Source: a virus (taxonomy: Duplodnaviria > Caudoviricetes). From it: 64,000 nucleotides of DNA. Every line of letters begins with the position of its first letter. Position 1 is the stretch's first letter. Made by a program: the position numbers and the translations under genes. The stretch lies in IMG/VR virus record IMGVR_UViG_3300010163_001518, positions 8,671 through 72,670 of that record. One strand, given 5' to 3'. Shown piece by piece: positions 55,773-64,000 of the stretch. The notes beneath the pieces are model-generated. The model searched no databases. It had not been told where the DNA came from and saw only the letters and a program-made list of their open reading frames with translations.

Positions 55773-56620
55773 ACCGGCAGCGCCTCACGCTCGATCACAC
55801 GGCGGTGCTGTGGGGCGGCGGGGGCCTCTGCCTGGTCCAGCTCGGCGGCGTCTTCCCATCTGGCCCCGTTCAAAAACGTGGCCACATAGGGGATGCCAAC
55901 CCCCCGCTGCCAATCATCTGTGGCCTTTAGCGCCACCAACGCCCTGCCGATCTTGGCGATCAGTTCGTCATCCGGGCGCAGCTTGTCCCATGCGTCCATA
56001 GCAGCCTGCTTGTTCTTCCGCCCCTTCTGGGGGTAAAACTCCCACAGTCCGGCAAAGCGCTCCGGCTTCCACTCCGGTGCAAACCTTGGCTCTTTCCGTT
56101 TCCGCCCGCGCTTGTCCCCCTTGGGGGGTAGGGGGGTGTTATTATCAATACCGTTCTGTTCTTTTATACCGTATATCTGTTGTGGCGACTTTACCGGCGC
56201 CGACGTTACCGGCGCCGATAAATTAGGACACGGTGCCGCCGTGTCCGAAAAATTAGGACACGGGCCTTCTTCCGCTGCTCCCTCGCCGCCCGCATCGGCT
56301 TCCGCCTGTTCCGGAGCCATAGGGGTATCCGAAATCACATAGACCGCCTTGGCAAACCTGCCCTCGCTCTCATGGTCCTGAATGCGCTTGAGATACCCGC
56401 CGCGCTCCAGCTCCCGCATGTACTTCGACATGGTGTCCTTGGATATGCCCAGCATGACGGCCATCCCCCGCACGGAGTAATCCCACCCCTCCCGCATGCT
56501 CAGCATGGCGATCAGGGTAAACCGGGCCATGGGGCTGATATTCCCGTCCCAAATAATGCTGTTTTGAATCGTGGTCGTATTGGGCAGCGTCCTTTTGATG
56601 ACGATCTTTCCGTCTGCCAT
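55766..56620 (-). CDS. Replication initiator (replisome organiser)
   Basis: N-terminal wHTH; C-terminal FAGLWEFYP...K..A..AW, PYVATFLNG.RWED. Confidence 0.8.
   Translation of the reverse strand: MADGKIVIKRTLPNTTTIQNSIIWDGNISPMARFTLIAMLSMREGWDYSVRGMAVMLGISKDTMSKYMRELERGGYLKRIQDHESEGRFAKAVYVISDTPMAPEQAEADAGGEGAAEEGPCPNFSDTAAPCPNLSAPVTSAPVKSPQQIYGIKEQNGIDNNTPLPPKGDKRGRKRKEPRFAPEWKPERFAGLWEFYPQKGRKNKQAAMDAWDKLRPDDELIAKIGRALVALKATDDWQRGVGIPYVATFLNGARWEDAAELDQAEAPAAPQHRRVIEREALPVW
56191..56263. repeat. Iteron-like repeats inside initiator gene (probable ori)
   Basis: TTACCGGCGCCGA x2, AAATTAGGACACGG x2. Confidence 0.65.
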
Positions 56621-56747
56621 TGTTATTTCCCCCTTGTCCTCCGCTTGGCGGATGTGTTCTAATCAAGCTGTCCTCATGGTCAAACCCATGAATGAAAGCC
56701 CCCTGCCGACGGCCCCCTGCGCCGGCAGGGGGCTTTTTTGTCCCATG

Positions 56748-57041
56748 TCAGTCCACCCTGCGGATCTTGCCGTATCCCTCCGCCCTGCGTGGTCTTTCGT
56801 ACTCCTCCGTATCGCCGGGCCACTCCGGCTGCTTTTCCTCCCGGGGCAGCTGATAGCCGCTGGCCAGAACTTCCATCAGCGCGTCCACGTTGACCAGCTT
56901 TTTGCGTCCGCACTCCAGCACCGGCACCGCCTTTGCCTTGATCATCCGGCGCAGGTAGCTGACCGTGATAGCCGTTCCGGGGTCTACTTTTTTGATCTCT
57001 TCCAGCGCTGTCTCTGCTGTTCGCATTCTGGGCATCGTCAT
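56748..57041 (-). CDS. Excisionase-like DNA-binding protein
   Basis: ITVSYLRRMIK, GRKKLVNVDAL. Confidence 0.7.
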   Translation of the reverse strand: MTMPRMRTAETALEEIKKVDPGTAITVSYLRRMIKAKAVPVLECGRKKLVNVDALMEVLASGYQLPREEKQPEWPGDTEEYERPRRAEGYGKIRRVD

Positions 57042-57044
57042 CTG

Positions 57045-57503
57045 TTATCCCTCCCGTTCATTCTTGCAAAACACTTCCAGTTCCAGGCTGGAGCGCACGA
57101 TCTCCCGCAGGTCCGCCACGATCTTGTCAAATACGACCCGCTCGTCATCATCGATCACTCCGTCCTCTGCCAGGGCCAGCAGCCGGCCCACGCTGTCCGC
57201 CCGCTGAAACTCGGCCATGCGGTTATAGATCCGCACCGCCACCTCCAGCAAGCTCCGCTCTTCCAGCCTGGGGACCACGCGCCCCATCAGCACATTGGTC
57301 TCCTGCAGGTGCTGATAGGCCAGGTACTGCGCGTTGTAGCATACGCTCATCAGCAGCACCACGTCGTTGGGCGGGACCCTCTGGTCCGTCTCATAGGCGC
57401 GGAGGCTTTCCACGCTGATCCCCAGCTTTTCCGCTGCCGCTTCCTGCGTCAAACCGGCAGCCCGCCGGGCGGTTTTGTAGATATTCCGGTATTCATCCTG
57501 CAT
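57045..57503 (-). CDS. XRE HTH regulator
   Basis: ARRAAGLTQEAAAEKLGISVESLRAYE. Confidence 0.85.
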   Translation of the reverse strand: MQDEYRNIYKTARRAAGLTQEAAAEKLGISVESLRAYETDQRVPPNDVVLLMSVCYNAQYLAYQHLQETNVLMGRVVPRLEERSLLEVAVRIYNRMAEFQRADSVGRLLALAEDGVIDDDERVVFDKIVADLREIVRSSLELEVFCKNEREG

Positions 57504-57693
57504 GGCTTTTCTCCTCCTCCTGAGGTACACTTTTTCCGGGGGGCCTCTCCGCTGCTGCGCGGTTCCACGCCTCCGGGGGCGGGTCGTGCAGCTCGAACAG
57601 CAGCATTGGCGGAAACTTCCCCCACGGGTCGTTCCAGATCCCCGCAAATCTCACATTCCGGCTCTGGGCCAGACTTCTCCATAACTCCTCCAT
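57493..57693 (-). CDS. Hypothetical protein
   Basis: AAGGAGG RBS, 66 aa. Confidence 0.45.
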   Translation of the reverse strand: MEELWRSLAQSRNVRFAGIWNDPWGKFPPMLLFELHDPPPEAWNRAAAERPPGKSVPQEEEKSHAG

Positions 57694-57706
57694 GCGCCCC
57701 TCCTTC

Positions 57707-57772
57707 TTGACACGACATATTACGTCGTTGTCTATTCGCCTGCATTATGACATATTGTGTCGTGTATGTCAA
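57707..57772. promoter_or_regulatory. Promoter/operator region of second switch
   Basis: Minus TTGACA-17-CATAAT; plus TTGACA at 57707; two 17-bp boxes ACGACATATTACGTCGT and ATGACATATTGTGTCGT. Confidence 0.6.
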
Positions 57773-57793
57773 GAAGTATTTAGGAGGCGTCTT

Positions 57794-58024
57794 ATGTTTG
57801 CTCATCGGTTGAAACGCGCACGAATGCAGGCAGGATTCACACAGCAGCAAGCCGCAGAGGCTCTTAATCTATCCACCAGATCTTATCAGCGCTATGAGGC
57901 AATAAACGGCCAGTGTGAGCCGCCATTGGGCACATTGGTAGATATGGCGGACCTCTTTGATGTCTCTACTGATTGGCTCCTGTGTCGGGACGCATTTCTC
58001 TCAAAACACGTTGATGGACGTTAA
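57794..58024 (+). CDS. Small XRE HTH protein
   Basis: AGGAGG RBS; RLKRARMQAGFTQQQAAEAL. Confidence 0.85.
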   Translation: MFAHRLKRARMQAGFTQQQAAEALNLSTRSYQRYEAINGQCEPPLGTLVDMADLFDVSTDWLLCRDAFLSKHVDGR

Positions 58025-58178
58025 ACAGATCTTCCAAAGTATCCCACAGGTCAATCGTACCGCAGACCGCGCCAGTTTCGACTCGCTGGTATTCACGCGA
58101 ACTGATCCCCAGCTTGTCCGCCATGGCCTTCTGTGTGAATCCTGCGGCCTGTCTGGCCGCTTTTAGGTTCATTCTCAT
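57966..58178 (-). CDS. Small XRE HTH protein, convergent and overlapping
   Basis: LKAARQAAGFTQKAMADKLGIS. Confidence 0.8.
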   Translation of the reverse strand: MRMNLKAARQAAGFTQKAMADKLGISSREYQRVETGAVCGTIDLWDTLEDLFNVHQRVLREMRPDTGANQ

Positions 58179-58193
58179 CGTCAGTCCTCGCCC

Positions 58194-58382
58194 TTAACTC
58201 ATATCCGGCTCGATCAGCACGATCTGCCCATCCTGGCGGCAGATCGCGGTATAGATCTCCCCGCCCCGGCCGATCAGGCGCATGGCGTTGCGCACCGTGC
58301 CGATGGTCTCCAGCGCGCTCCAGCGCCTCTGGTTCTCCGGGCTGGCCGCCCAGGCCAGAATTTTAAGCTGTTCCGGCGTCAT
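58194..58382 (-). CDS. Hypothetical protein
   Basis: MTPEQLKILAW, 62 aa. Confidence 0.5.
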   Translation of the reverse strand: MTPEQLKILAWAASPENQRRWSALETIGTVRNAMRLIGRGGEIYTAICRQDGQIVLIEPDMS

Positions 58383-58596
58383 CCCGTTCTCTCCTTTCAC
58401 CCCGCTGCAACGAAGGACCATCATGTGAGCTGATCGGTCTGGTTTTTGTCTCCAACAGTCTCTGCGCCGTACACAGCTCGCTGCCTGCCTGATAATAGGT
58501 GACGCCGCTGTGTACCAGCAGCGCCACAATGCGCTCTGCCAGGGCGACGGTCTTTGCATCCGGTTCATCCGTTGTATAAGGAAACTTCAAACCCAA
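58363..58596 (-). CDS. Hypothetical protein
   Basis: 77 aa after cro. Confidence 0.5.
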   Translation of the reverse strand: MGLKFPYTTDEPDAKTVALAERIVALLVHSGVTYYQAGSELCTAQRLLETKTRPISSHDGPSLQRGERRERDDAGTA

Positions 58597-58613
58597 CTTT
58601 CATACCTCCTCTC

Positions 58614-58820
58614 TCAGCTGGCCTCTGCCGGATCTGTTGTGAATAGGTCGTTGATGGTACAGCCCAGCACCTGAGCCAGCCGGGGAAGATCCCGCGCCTT
58701 AGGCAAAGCCACCTCAGTCTCCCAGTTGGAGACCGCAGACTGTAAAACACCCATATCCTCAGCAAGCCGTTTCTGGGGAATGTTTTTCTTTTCACGCAAT
58801 TCCCGTATTCGCATAACCAT
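58614..58820 (-). CDS. Cro-like XRE repressor
   Basis: IRELREKKNIPQKRLAEDMGV.QSAVSNWE; divergent from cI. Confidence 0.85.
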   Translation of the reverse strand: MVMRIRELREKKNIPQKRLAEDMGVLQSAVSNWETEVALPKARDLPRLAQVLGCTINDLFTTDPAEAS

Positions 58821-58860
58821 ATTTCTTTCCCTCCTTTCAAGAATATTGATTTCAGTAATA

Positions 58861-58889
58861 TTATTACCACAATCAATGTCATATGTCAA
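58861..58889 (-). promoter_or_regulatory. Lytic promoter (PR-like)
   Basis: TTGACA-17-TAATAA on minus strand in AT-rich cI/cro spacer. Confidence 0.55.
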
Positions 58890-58954
58890 TATAATATTAC
58901 AATAATATTGAAATTTAATTTTTAGCTTGCAGAATATCAATTATTTCAATATTC

Positions 58955-59587
58955 TTGATATATATTAACGGCGCGGGGATGGTGAACATGAACAGGCTTA
59001 GAGAACTTCGAAAGTCAAAACGCATGACCCAAACAGAGGTCGCTAAAATAGTTGGTATTGGACAAAGTGGATACTCATTTTGGGAGAATGGACGATCCAA
59101 AATAGATAACGCTTCCCTACAGAAATTGGCTGAGCTATATGGAGTTACAGTTGATTATCTCCTTGGAGGCGATTCTCTCCAACAGACGAAATCCAGTATT
59201 CAGATTCCTGTCCTTGGCAATGTGGCCGCCGGCATCCCTATTGAAGCTGTTACAGACATTGTGGACTATGAAGAAATCGACGCCGCTATGGCCGCTACCG
59301 GTGATTTCTTCGCGCTGCGCATCAAGGGCGCCAGCATGGAGCCGCGGATGAGGGACGGCGACGTAGTCATTGTCCGCAAGCAGGAGTCTGTCGAAACCGG
59401 CGACACTGTGGTCGCTATGGTCAACGGGGACAGCGCCACAGTAAAAAAGATAAAAATAGGCCCGGACGGGATCTCGCTGATCCCGACCAACCCGGCCTAT
59501 GACCCGATGTTCTATACGCCGGCAGAGGTGGAACGCCTGCCCGTCCGCATCATCGGTCGCGTGGTAGAGCTGAGGGCAAAATATTAA
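58955..59587 (+). CDS. CI-like repressor with S24 autopeptidase domain
   Basis: XRE HTH, VAAG cleavage site, GASM catalytic Ser, TVKK catalytic Lys. Confidence 0.93.
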   Translation: MIYINGAGMVNMNRLRELRKSKRMTQTEVAKIVGIGQSGYSFWENGRSKIDNASLQKLAELYGVTVDYLLGGDSLQQTKSSIQIPVLGNVAAGIPIEAVTDIVDYEEIDAAMAATGDFFALRIKGASMEPRMRDGDVVIVRKQESVETGDTVVAMVNGDSATVKKIKIGPDGISLIPTNPAYDPMFYTPAEVERLPVRIIGRVVELRAKY

Positions 59588-60445
59588 ACGAGAGGAGAAT
59601 CGACATGGTAACAGTTCCCGCAAAAGTGAAGACCAGACTCTTGGATGGGGTAAAGAAATTTCAGCCCATTGTGCGCAAAGCTCAAGCCAAGGATATTAAC
59701 GAAAGCGACACCGTCACCATTATCTCCGATATTCTGTCTGACGTTTTTGGCTATGACAAATACACTGAGATCACCTCAGAATTTGCCATAAAAAAGACAT
59801 TCTGTGACCTGGCAATCAAGCTGGATGGGATGCCCAAACTGCTTATTGAAGCCAAGGCTGCCGGCTTGGAACTGAAAGACCAGCATATTCGTCAGGCCGT
59901 GGACTATGGCTCAAATTCCGGTGTGGAATGGGTCGTCTTAACGAACAGCGTGGTCTGGAAAATATACAGCATTACATTCGGAAAACCTGTTGTTGCAGAG
60001 CTTGTATACGAATTTGACTTCTCTTCCATTGCCCCCAAAAAACAAAGCGATCTGGAAATGTTGTACTACCTCACAAGAGAGGCCATGACAAAAGGGAATA
60101 AGACATATCTTGATGAATTCCACAACCAGCAGCAGTTGGTCAACAAATTCACGATCAGCCAGATCTTACTGTCCGACGTTGTCTTGGATGCCGTCCGGCG
60201 CTCCCTTAAGAAAATGGCTTCTGACACCAAAGTCTCCAACGAGGAAATCCATAAAATTATTCTTGATGAGATCATCAAACGGGATGTGCTGGATGACGAA
60301 CGGACCGCAGATGCCAAGAAAAAAGTCTCTAAAGCCCTAAAGCCTGCCGCAAAACCTGCTCCTAAAGTCGATTCTGAACCAACAGAGTCTTAACACCACT
60401 CAGGGCATCTACTCCACGCGGCAAAACTGAGGGCAAAATATTAAA
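59570..60445 (+). repeat. 19-bp direct repeat CTGAGGGCAAAATATTAAA flanking nuclease gene
   Basis: Copies at 59570-59588 (cI 3' end) and 60427-60445. Confidence 0.8.
59605..60393 (+). CDS. Stand-alone HsdR-N-like PD-(D/E)XK nuclease
   Basis: NESDT, FGYD, CDLAI...LLIEAK, LTNSVVW. Confidence 0.8.
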   Translation: MVTVPAKVKTRLLDGVKKFQPIVRKAQAKDINESDTVTIISDILSDVFGYDKYTEITSEFAIKKTFCDLAIKLDGMPKLLIEAKAAGLELKDQHIRQAVDYGSNSGVEWVVLTNSVVWKIYSITFGKPVVAELVYEFDFSSIAPKKQSDLEMLYYLTREAMTKGNKTYLDEFHNQQQLVNKFTISQILLSDVVLDAVRRSLKKMASDTKVSNEEIHKIILDEIIKRDVLDDERTADAKKKVSKALKPAAKPAPKVDSEPTES

Positions 60446-60470
60446 ATGTGTCCGATTCGGACACATTTTA
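60442..60470. promoter_or_regulatory. Palindrome copy 5 (29-bp extended)
   Basis: TAAAAT-GTGTCCGATTCGGACAC-ATTTTA. Confidence 0.7.
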
Positions 60471-60485
60471 GTGGAGGGCACACAA

Positions 60486-60923
60486 ATGAAGAAACGATCT
60501 GTTTTACTGATCCCCCTTCTTGTATGTCTCATTGCAGGATGCGCGTCTTCCGGAAAGGACTCCCCCGCAGAAATTTTAGATACGCCCCCCGCCCATGCCT
60601 CAGCGGAAATCATACAGACAGCAGAGCCGACATTCACTCCCGCACCAGCTTCTACGCCGACTCCCACGCCAACTCCAACTCCAACTCCAACGCCTACGCC
60701 GACTCCAACCCCGACTCCCTCACCAACCCCGATGCCTACGCCTACGCCAACGCCAGTCTATTCAGTTTCCCTGACATACATTGGCAATGCAAATACCAAA
60801 AAGTTTCACTATCCAGACTGCTCGTCTGTGTCTAAAATGAGCGAGAAGAATAAAGTCACCCTCACATCAAGAGACGCTGCAATAGCACAAGGGTATGTTC
60901 CTTGTAAAAGATGTAACCCATAA
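60486..60923 (+). CDS. Lipoprotein with Pro-Thr linker and Ada-like metal-binding domain
   Basis: Lipobox IAGC; PT repeats; YIGNANTKKFHYPDC...YVPCKRCNP. Confidence 0.85.
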   Translation: MKKRSVLLIPLLVCLIAGCASSGKDSPAEILDTPPAHASAEIIQTAEPTFTPAPASTPTPTPTPTPTPTPTPTPTPTPSPTPMPTPTPTPVYSVSLTYIGNANTKKFHYPDCSSVSKMSEKNKVTLTSRDAAIAQGYVPCKRCNP

Positions 60924-61001
60924 AGAGAAAACCGCCCCCGGCGGGGCGGTTTTCTTTCAACCGCGAAATCGAACATTTGTTTTTATCCGGAGGGATCAGA
61001 C

Positions 61002-62402
61002 ATGGCAACCATCAGAAAGCGCGAGGGCAAAAAAGGAGTCAGCTACTCGATTCGTTCCTCTTGCGGGTACGACTCAACCGGGCGGCACCTGGAACGCTCT
61101 ATCACCTGGCGGCCGGCGCCGGGGATGACGCCGCGGCAGATCGAGAAAGAGGTGAATCGTCAGGCCGTCCTCCTGGACGAAGAAACCGCTGTCTATGGGA
61201 TCGGATGCGGACAAATCAAGTTTGAGACCTTCGCCCGGCAGTGGTTTATCAAATACGCCGAACCCAATCTTCGCCCACGGACTGTAGCGCGCATGCATCA
61301 GCTGGAGCCCCGTACTTACGCAGCGCTGGGGCACATCCGCCTGGACCGGCTGAGAGCACGGCATATCCAGCTCTTTATCGACAACCTGGGCGAGACCGGC
61401 ATCAGAGAGCGCAAGATTACCGCACGGCCAAAGGACGATATTGCCGCCCTGCTCGCCGCTCAGGGGCGCACACAGAAGGATTTGGCCGCTGCCAGTCATA
61501 TTTCCTGCTCCACCATCTCAAGCCTCTGTAGGGGGAACTGTGTATCCATACACACCGCTGACGCTGTAGCCGCAGCTCTGGGCCGAACCACAAAAGAACT
61601 CTTCAGCATCCGCCGTGATGAGAATGGGCAGCTCTCCCCCAAGACAATCCGTCACTACCTGTCTTTCATATCAGATGTGCTGGAATACGCATACCGCTTT
61701 GAGCTGATCCATGAAAACCCATGCCGGCGCGTCATCGCCCCGTCTGCCGTGCAGAGCGAGCAGGACTGTCTCAGTCTGGCTGAGGCCCAGGCGTTCCTGG
61801 AGAGTCTGGAGGACGCGCCGCTCCTGTACAGAGCCTTTTTCACGCTGGCTATATACAGCGGTTGCCGCCGCAGTGAGATGCTGGGGCTGGAGTGGCGCGA
61901 CATAGACTTTACCCAGCAGATCCTCTCTGTGCGCCGCACCGCCCAATACCTCAAAGGGCGCGGAGTCTATGTGGACGGCACTAAAACTGCAAAGAGCAAA
62001 CGCACGCTCAAATTGCCCGCGCCAGTCTTTTCTGTTCTGGATCAGCTCCACCAGGAGCAGTTGAAGATGCAGCCCTTGCTGGGCGACCAGTGGCAAAATT
62101 CTGGACGAGTATTCGTGGGGCCGTTCGGCGCCCCCATACATCCCAACACTCCCTACCACTGGCTCTCCCAGTTTTGCCAGAAAACCGGACAGCGCTTTCT
62201 GGGGATCCACGCTTTCCGCCACCTCAACGCCTCGCTCCTGATTGCCAGTGGGGCTGACATCAAAACTGTCTCCGCATCCCTCGGGCATTCGCAGGTAACA
62301 ACTACGCTCAATATTTATGCTCATGCGTTCGCAGAGGCCCAAGCCAAAGCCAGCGATGCAGTTGCCAACCTGCTGCAACAAGATTTAAGTGACAAGCCAT
62401 AG
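61002..62402 (+). CDS. Tyrosine integrase with inserted XRE-like HTH
   Basis: SGCRRSE, HAFRH, LGHS, TLNIYAH catalytic motifs. Confidence 0.95.
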   Translation: MATIRKREGKKGVSYSIRSSCGYDSTGRHLERSITWRPAPGMTPRQIEKEVNRQAVLLDEETAVYGIGCGQIKFETFARQWFIKYAEPNLRPRTVARMHQLEPRTYAALGHIRLDRLRARHIQLFIDNLGETGIRERKITARPKDDIAALLAAQGRTQKDLAAASHISCSTISSLCRGNCVSIHTADAVAAALGRTTKELFSIRRDENGQLSPKTIRHYLSFISDVLEYAYRFELIHENPCRRVIAPSAVQSEQDCLSLAEAQAFLESLEDAPLLYRAFFTLAIYSGCRRSEMLGLEWRDIDFTQQILSVRRTAQYLKGRGVYVDGTKTAKSKRTLKLPAPVFSVLDQLHQEQLKMQPLLGDQWQNSGRVFVGPFGAPIHPNTPYHWLSQFCQKTGQRFLGIHAFRHLNASLLIASGADIKTVSASLGHSQVTTTLNIYAHAFAEAQAKASDAVANLLQQDLSDKP

Positions 62403-62497
62403 CCGCCCATCAGCAGCAGACAAGTGGCAGACTGCGCCTGTTGCGCACATAAAGCAAAACCCGGGAACCAATGCAAATGCATTGGTTCCCGGGTTTT
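62381..62497 (+). repeat. Right copy of 117-bp direct repeat incl. terminator
   Basis: Matches 28216-28332; hairpin AAAACCCGGGAACCAATGC/GCATTGGTTCCCGGGTTTT. Confidence 0.9.
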
Positions 62498-62718
62498 GTC
62501 ACTGTCTATTCGGGACGAAAAAGATGTTTTTGCGTTTTTTGTATGTGGATTTGAACCCTCGCACTGCTTAAAATTTTAAAATAAATTTGCACTTTTTCTA
62601 TTTTGAGTCCAGATGATAAAAACATAAAGCGCCCTCGAAAAGCCGCATAAATCAGAATTTATAAAGAAAACACCATTGATTCTAACCCTTGGGAGTTCAG
62701 ATTCAATGGTGTCTTCAT

Positions 62719-63720
62719 TTATTTAAGTATAGCTATTTGAATTTGATCACGCAAACTATTAAGGCATTCAAACAGTTGATGTTTGGCTTCAGCATATTCC
62801 AAATGAAATGCCTTTATTGTAAGCCCTTTTAACAAATCTGTACTTAATATTTCGTCCTCCGCTAAGCATTGTCCCAATCCATAATGGGCAAGGCAATTTC
62901 GGAATGCTCTGTTGTGCATAGAGTCATTTATAATCAGTCTTGTACCTTTAGTTGTATTTATTTTTTTTACAAAATCACACAGATAATAATACTGAAGATA
63001 TGCGAATTTGAACTTCTGAGGTATTTCTTCTGTAAAATAGTGTTCAATAAAAACAGTGACATAATTTATATTACAGAGTATCGAAAACAATACAACGCCT
63101 AATTCTGTTTTTTCTTTGAGCGGACAGTTATTGAAGAAATGATAGTCTTTATATTTTACAATGTTTTTATCGTCGTCATATTGATATGTCGGAAATGACT
63201 TGCATTCAAAAAAGGCGGCAAGCTTGCCTGCTATAACACTTATATCTCTTATTGTTACACCAGCATCCTGATTTCCCAGAAGTGATATGGGATTATGAGC
63301 TGCACAAAGAATCGTATTTCCGCAGTATTTCCCATTGCAAAGATCTGTTCCTACATTGTAGTATCCAAGTATTTTCTCTCGGAGACTTCTAATACTGTAG
63401 AAGTAATTATCACTTTCTTCGAGTTTTTTCATTAATAAACTAGCATACTCAACATATGTTTTTTCGAGCAACTTGTGGCTTTGTCTTAATGCGGTGTAGT
63501 ATACTTTTTCCCTTTCATTAAAATTGGGCGCATCCAATCCTATTTTTTTACACCATTGCTCTGCGCCATCGGCAAAGACTCCAAGGTATGGTTGGCACAT
63601 CATAATATAGTTGCTGTTAATATTTCTTGCTTTTTGACAAATATCGGCGAGTGTACACAGAAATCGTGCATCTGATTGAATTAACTCATATGCTGCAGTT
63701 TGTATCTTATTCATTTTCAA
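62719..63720 (-). CDS. AT-rich protein with HEPN-like RxxxxH motif, candidate defence RNase
   Basis: C-terminal FRNCLAHY; much lower GC than flanks. Confidence 0.6.
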   Translation of the reverse strand: MKMNKIQTAAYELIQSDARFLCTLADICQKARNINSNYIMMCQPYLGVFADGAEQWCKKIGLDAPNFNEREKVYYTALRQSHKLLEKTYVEYASLLMKKLEESDNYFYSIRSLREKILGYYNVGTDLCNGKYCGNTILCAAHNPISLLGNQDAGVTIRDISVIAGKLAAFFECKSFPTYQYDDDKNIVKYKDYHFFNNCPLKEKTELGVVLFSILCNINYVTVFIEHYFTEEIPQKFKFAYLQYYYLCDFVKKINTTKGTRLIINDSMHNRAFRNCLAHYGLGQCLAEDEILSTDLLKGLTIKAFHLEYAEAKHQLFECLNSLRDQIQIAILK

Positions 63721-64000
63721 CTGTTGAATCGTCCTCTACTTCCATTCTCGAACTGGTAAAATACATATGGATTTGAGTAAAAAAGAGTGAATTTCTCGCG
63801 AAGTTCACTCCAAAACAGCTATTATTACATTATTAGTCATATGGAAAAAGAGACAAACAGGTCTTTTGTGACTTGTTTGTCTCTTTTGGCTCCATGCTAT
63901 AAAAAGGCTTTTTGACTGAAAACCATTGCGCCGCAACGAACTTGACCATTGTCCTATAAGCCAGAGGCTGTCAATGTCTTTTTTGTTTCTTCCATGTCCT

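Larger units (their letters stand above)
28216..62497. mobile_element. Integrase-type prophage (HK97-like head, PBSX-like contractile tail)
   Basis: Lysis-tail-head-packaging-replication-immunity-integrase modules; flanked by 117-bp direct repeat. Confidence 0.9.

Noticed and set aside
60630-60760. Short tandem repeats as a CRISPR or VNTR array
   Set aside because: They encode the Pro-Thr linker of the lipoprotein; no spacers and no cas genes.
62545-62560. GGATTTGAACCC, resembling a tRNA T-arm on the minus strand
   Set aside because: No acceptor stem, CCA or cloverleaf; at most a degenerate att relic. No intact tRNA is called in the window.

Overview
The window holds two adjacent, unrelated temperate prophages separated by about 2 kb of host DNA. 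The gene content (tspO, VTT/DedA, PBSX/Xkd-type tail genes) suggests a Clostridia-like Bacillota host. (1) 1-26264 is a Mu-like transposable prophage on the minus strand. Its c-end (TGTA...) sits in the 3' end of a host VTT/DedA gene. It carries repressor, Ner-like HTH, MuA, MuB, Gam, GemA, two DNA methyltransferases, endolysin, Mor, terminase, portal, head and contractile-tail genes; the tape measure gene runs off the window. (2) About 28216-62497 is an integrase-type prophage with an HK97-like head and a PBSX-like tail, flanked by a 117-bp imperfect direct repeat. It carries ParA/ParB, a HUH endonuclease, a YefM/YoeB cassette and several morons, but no recognisable tail-fibre gene. An AT-rich ORF with a HEPN-like RxxxxH motif follows it. 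The most striking unexplained feature is at 25876-26041. A sigma70-type promoter precedes a predicted multi-stem RNA whose loops are complementary to the translation-start regions of up to five early genes of the Mu-like phage, including 19 bp to MuB. This is a candidate multi-target antisense immunity RNA. Other highlights are a circularly permuted C5 methyltransferase with a nested out-of-frame subunit, five dispersed GTGTCC-N5-GGACAC palindromes (candidate parS), a 35-aa membrane moron, and an integrase with an inserted HTH. All calls are by eye from the sequence and ORF track; no database search or folding program was run.
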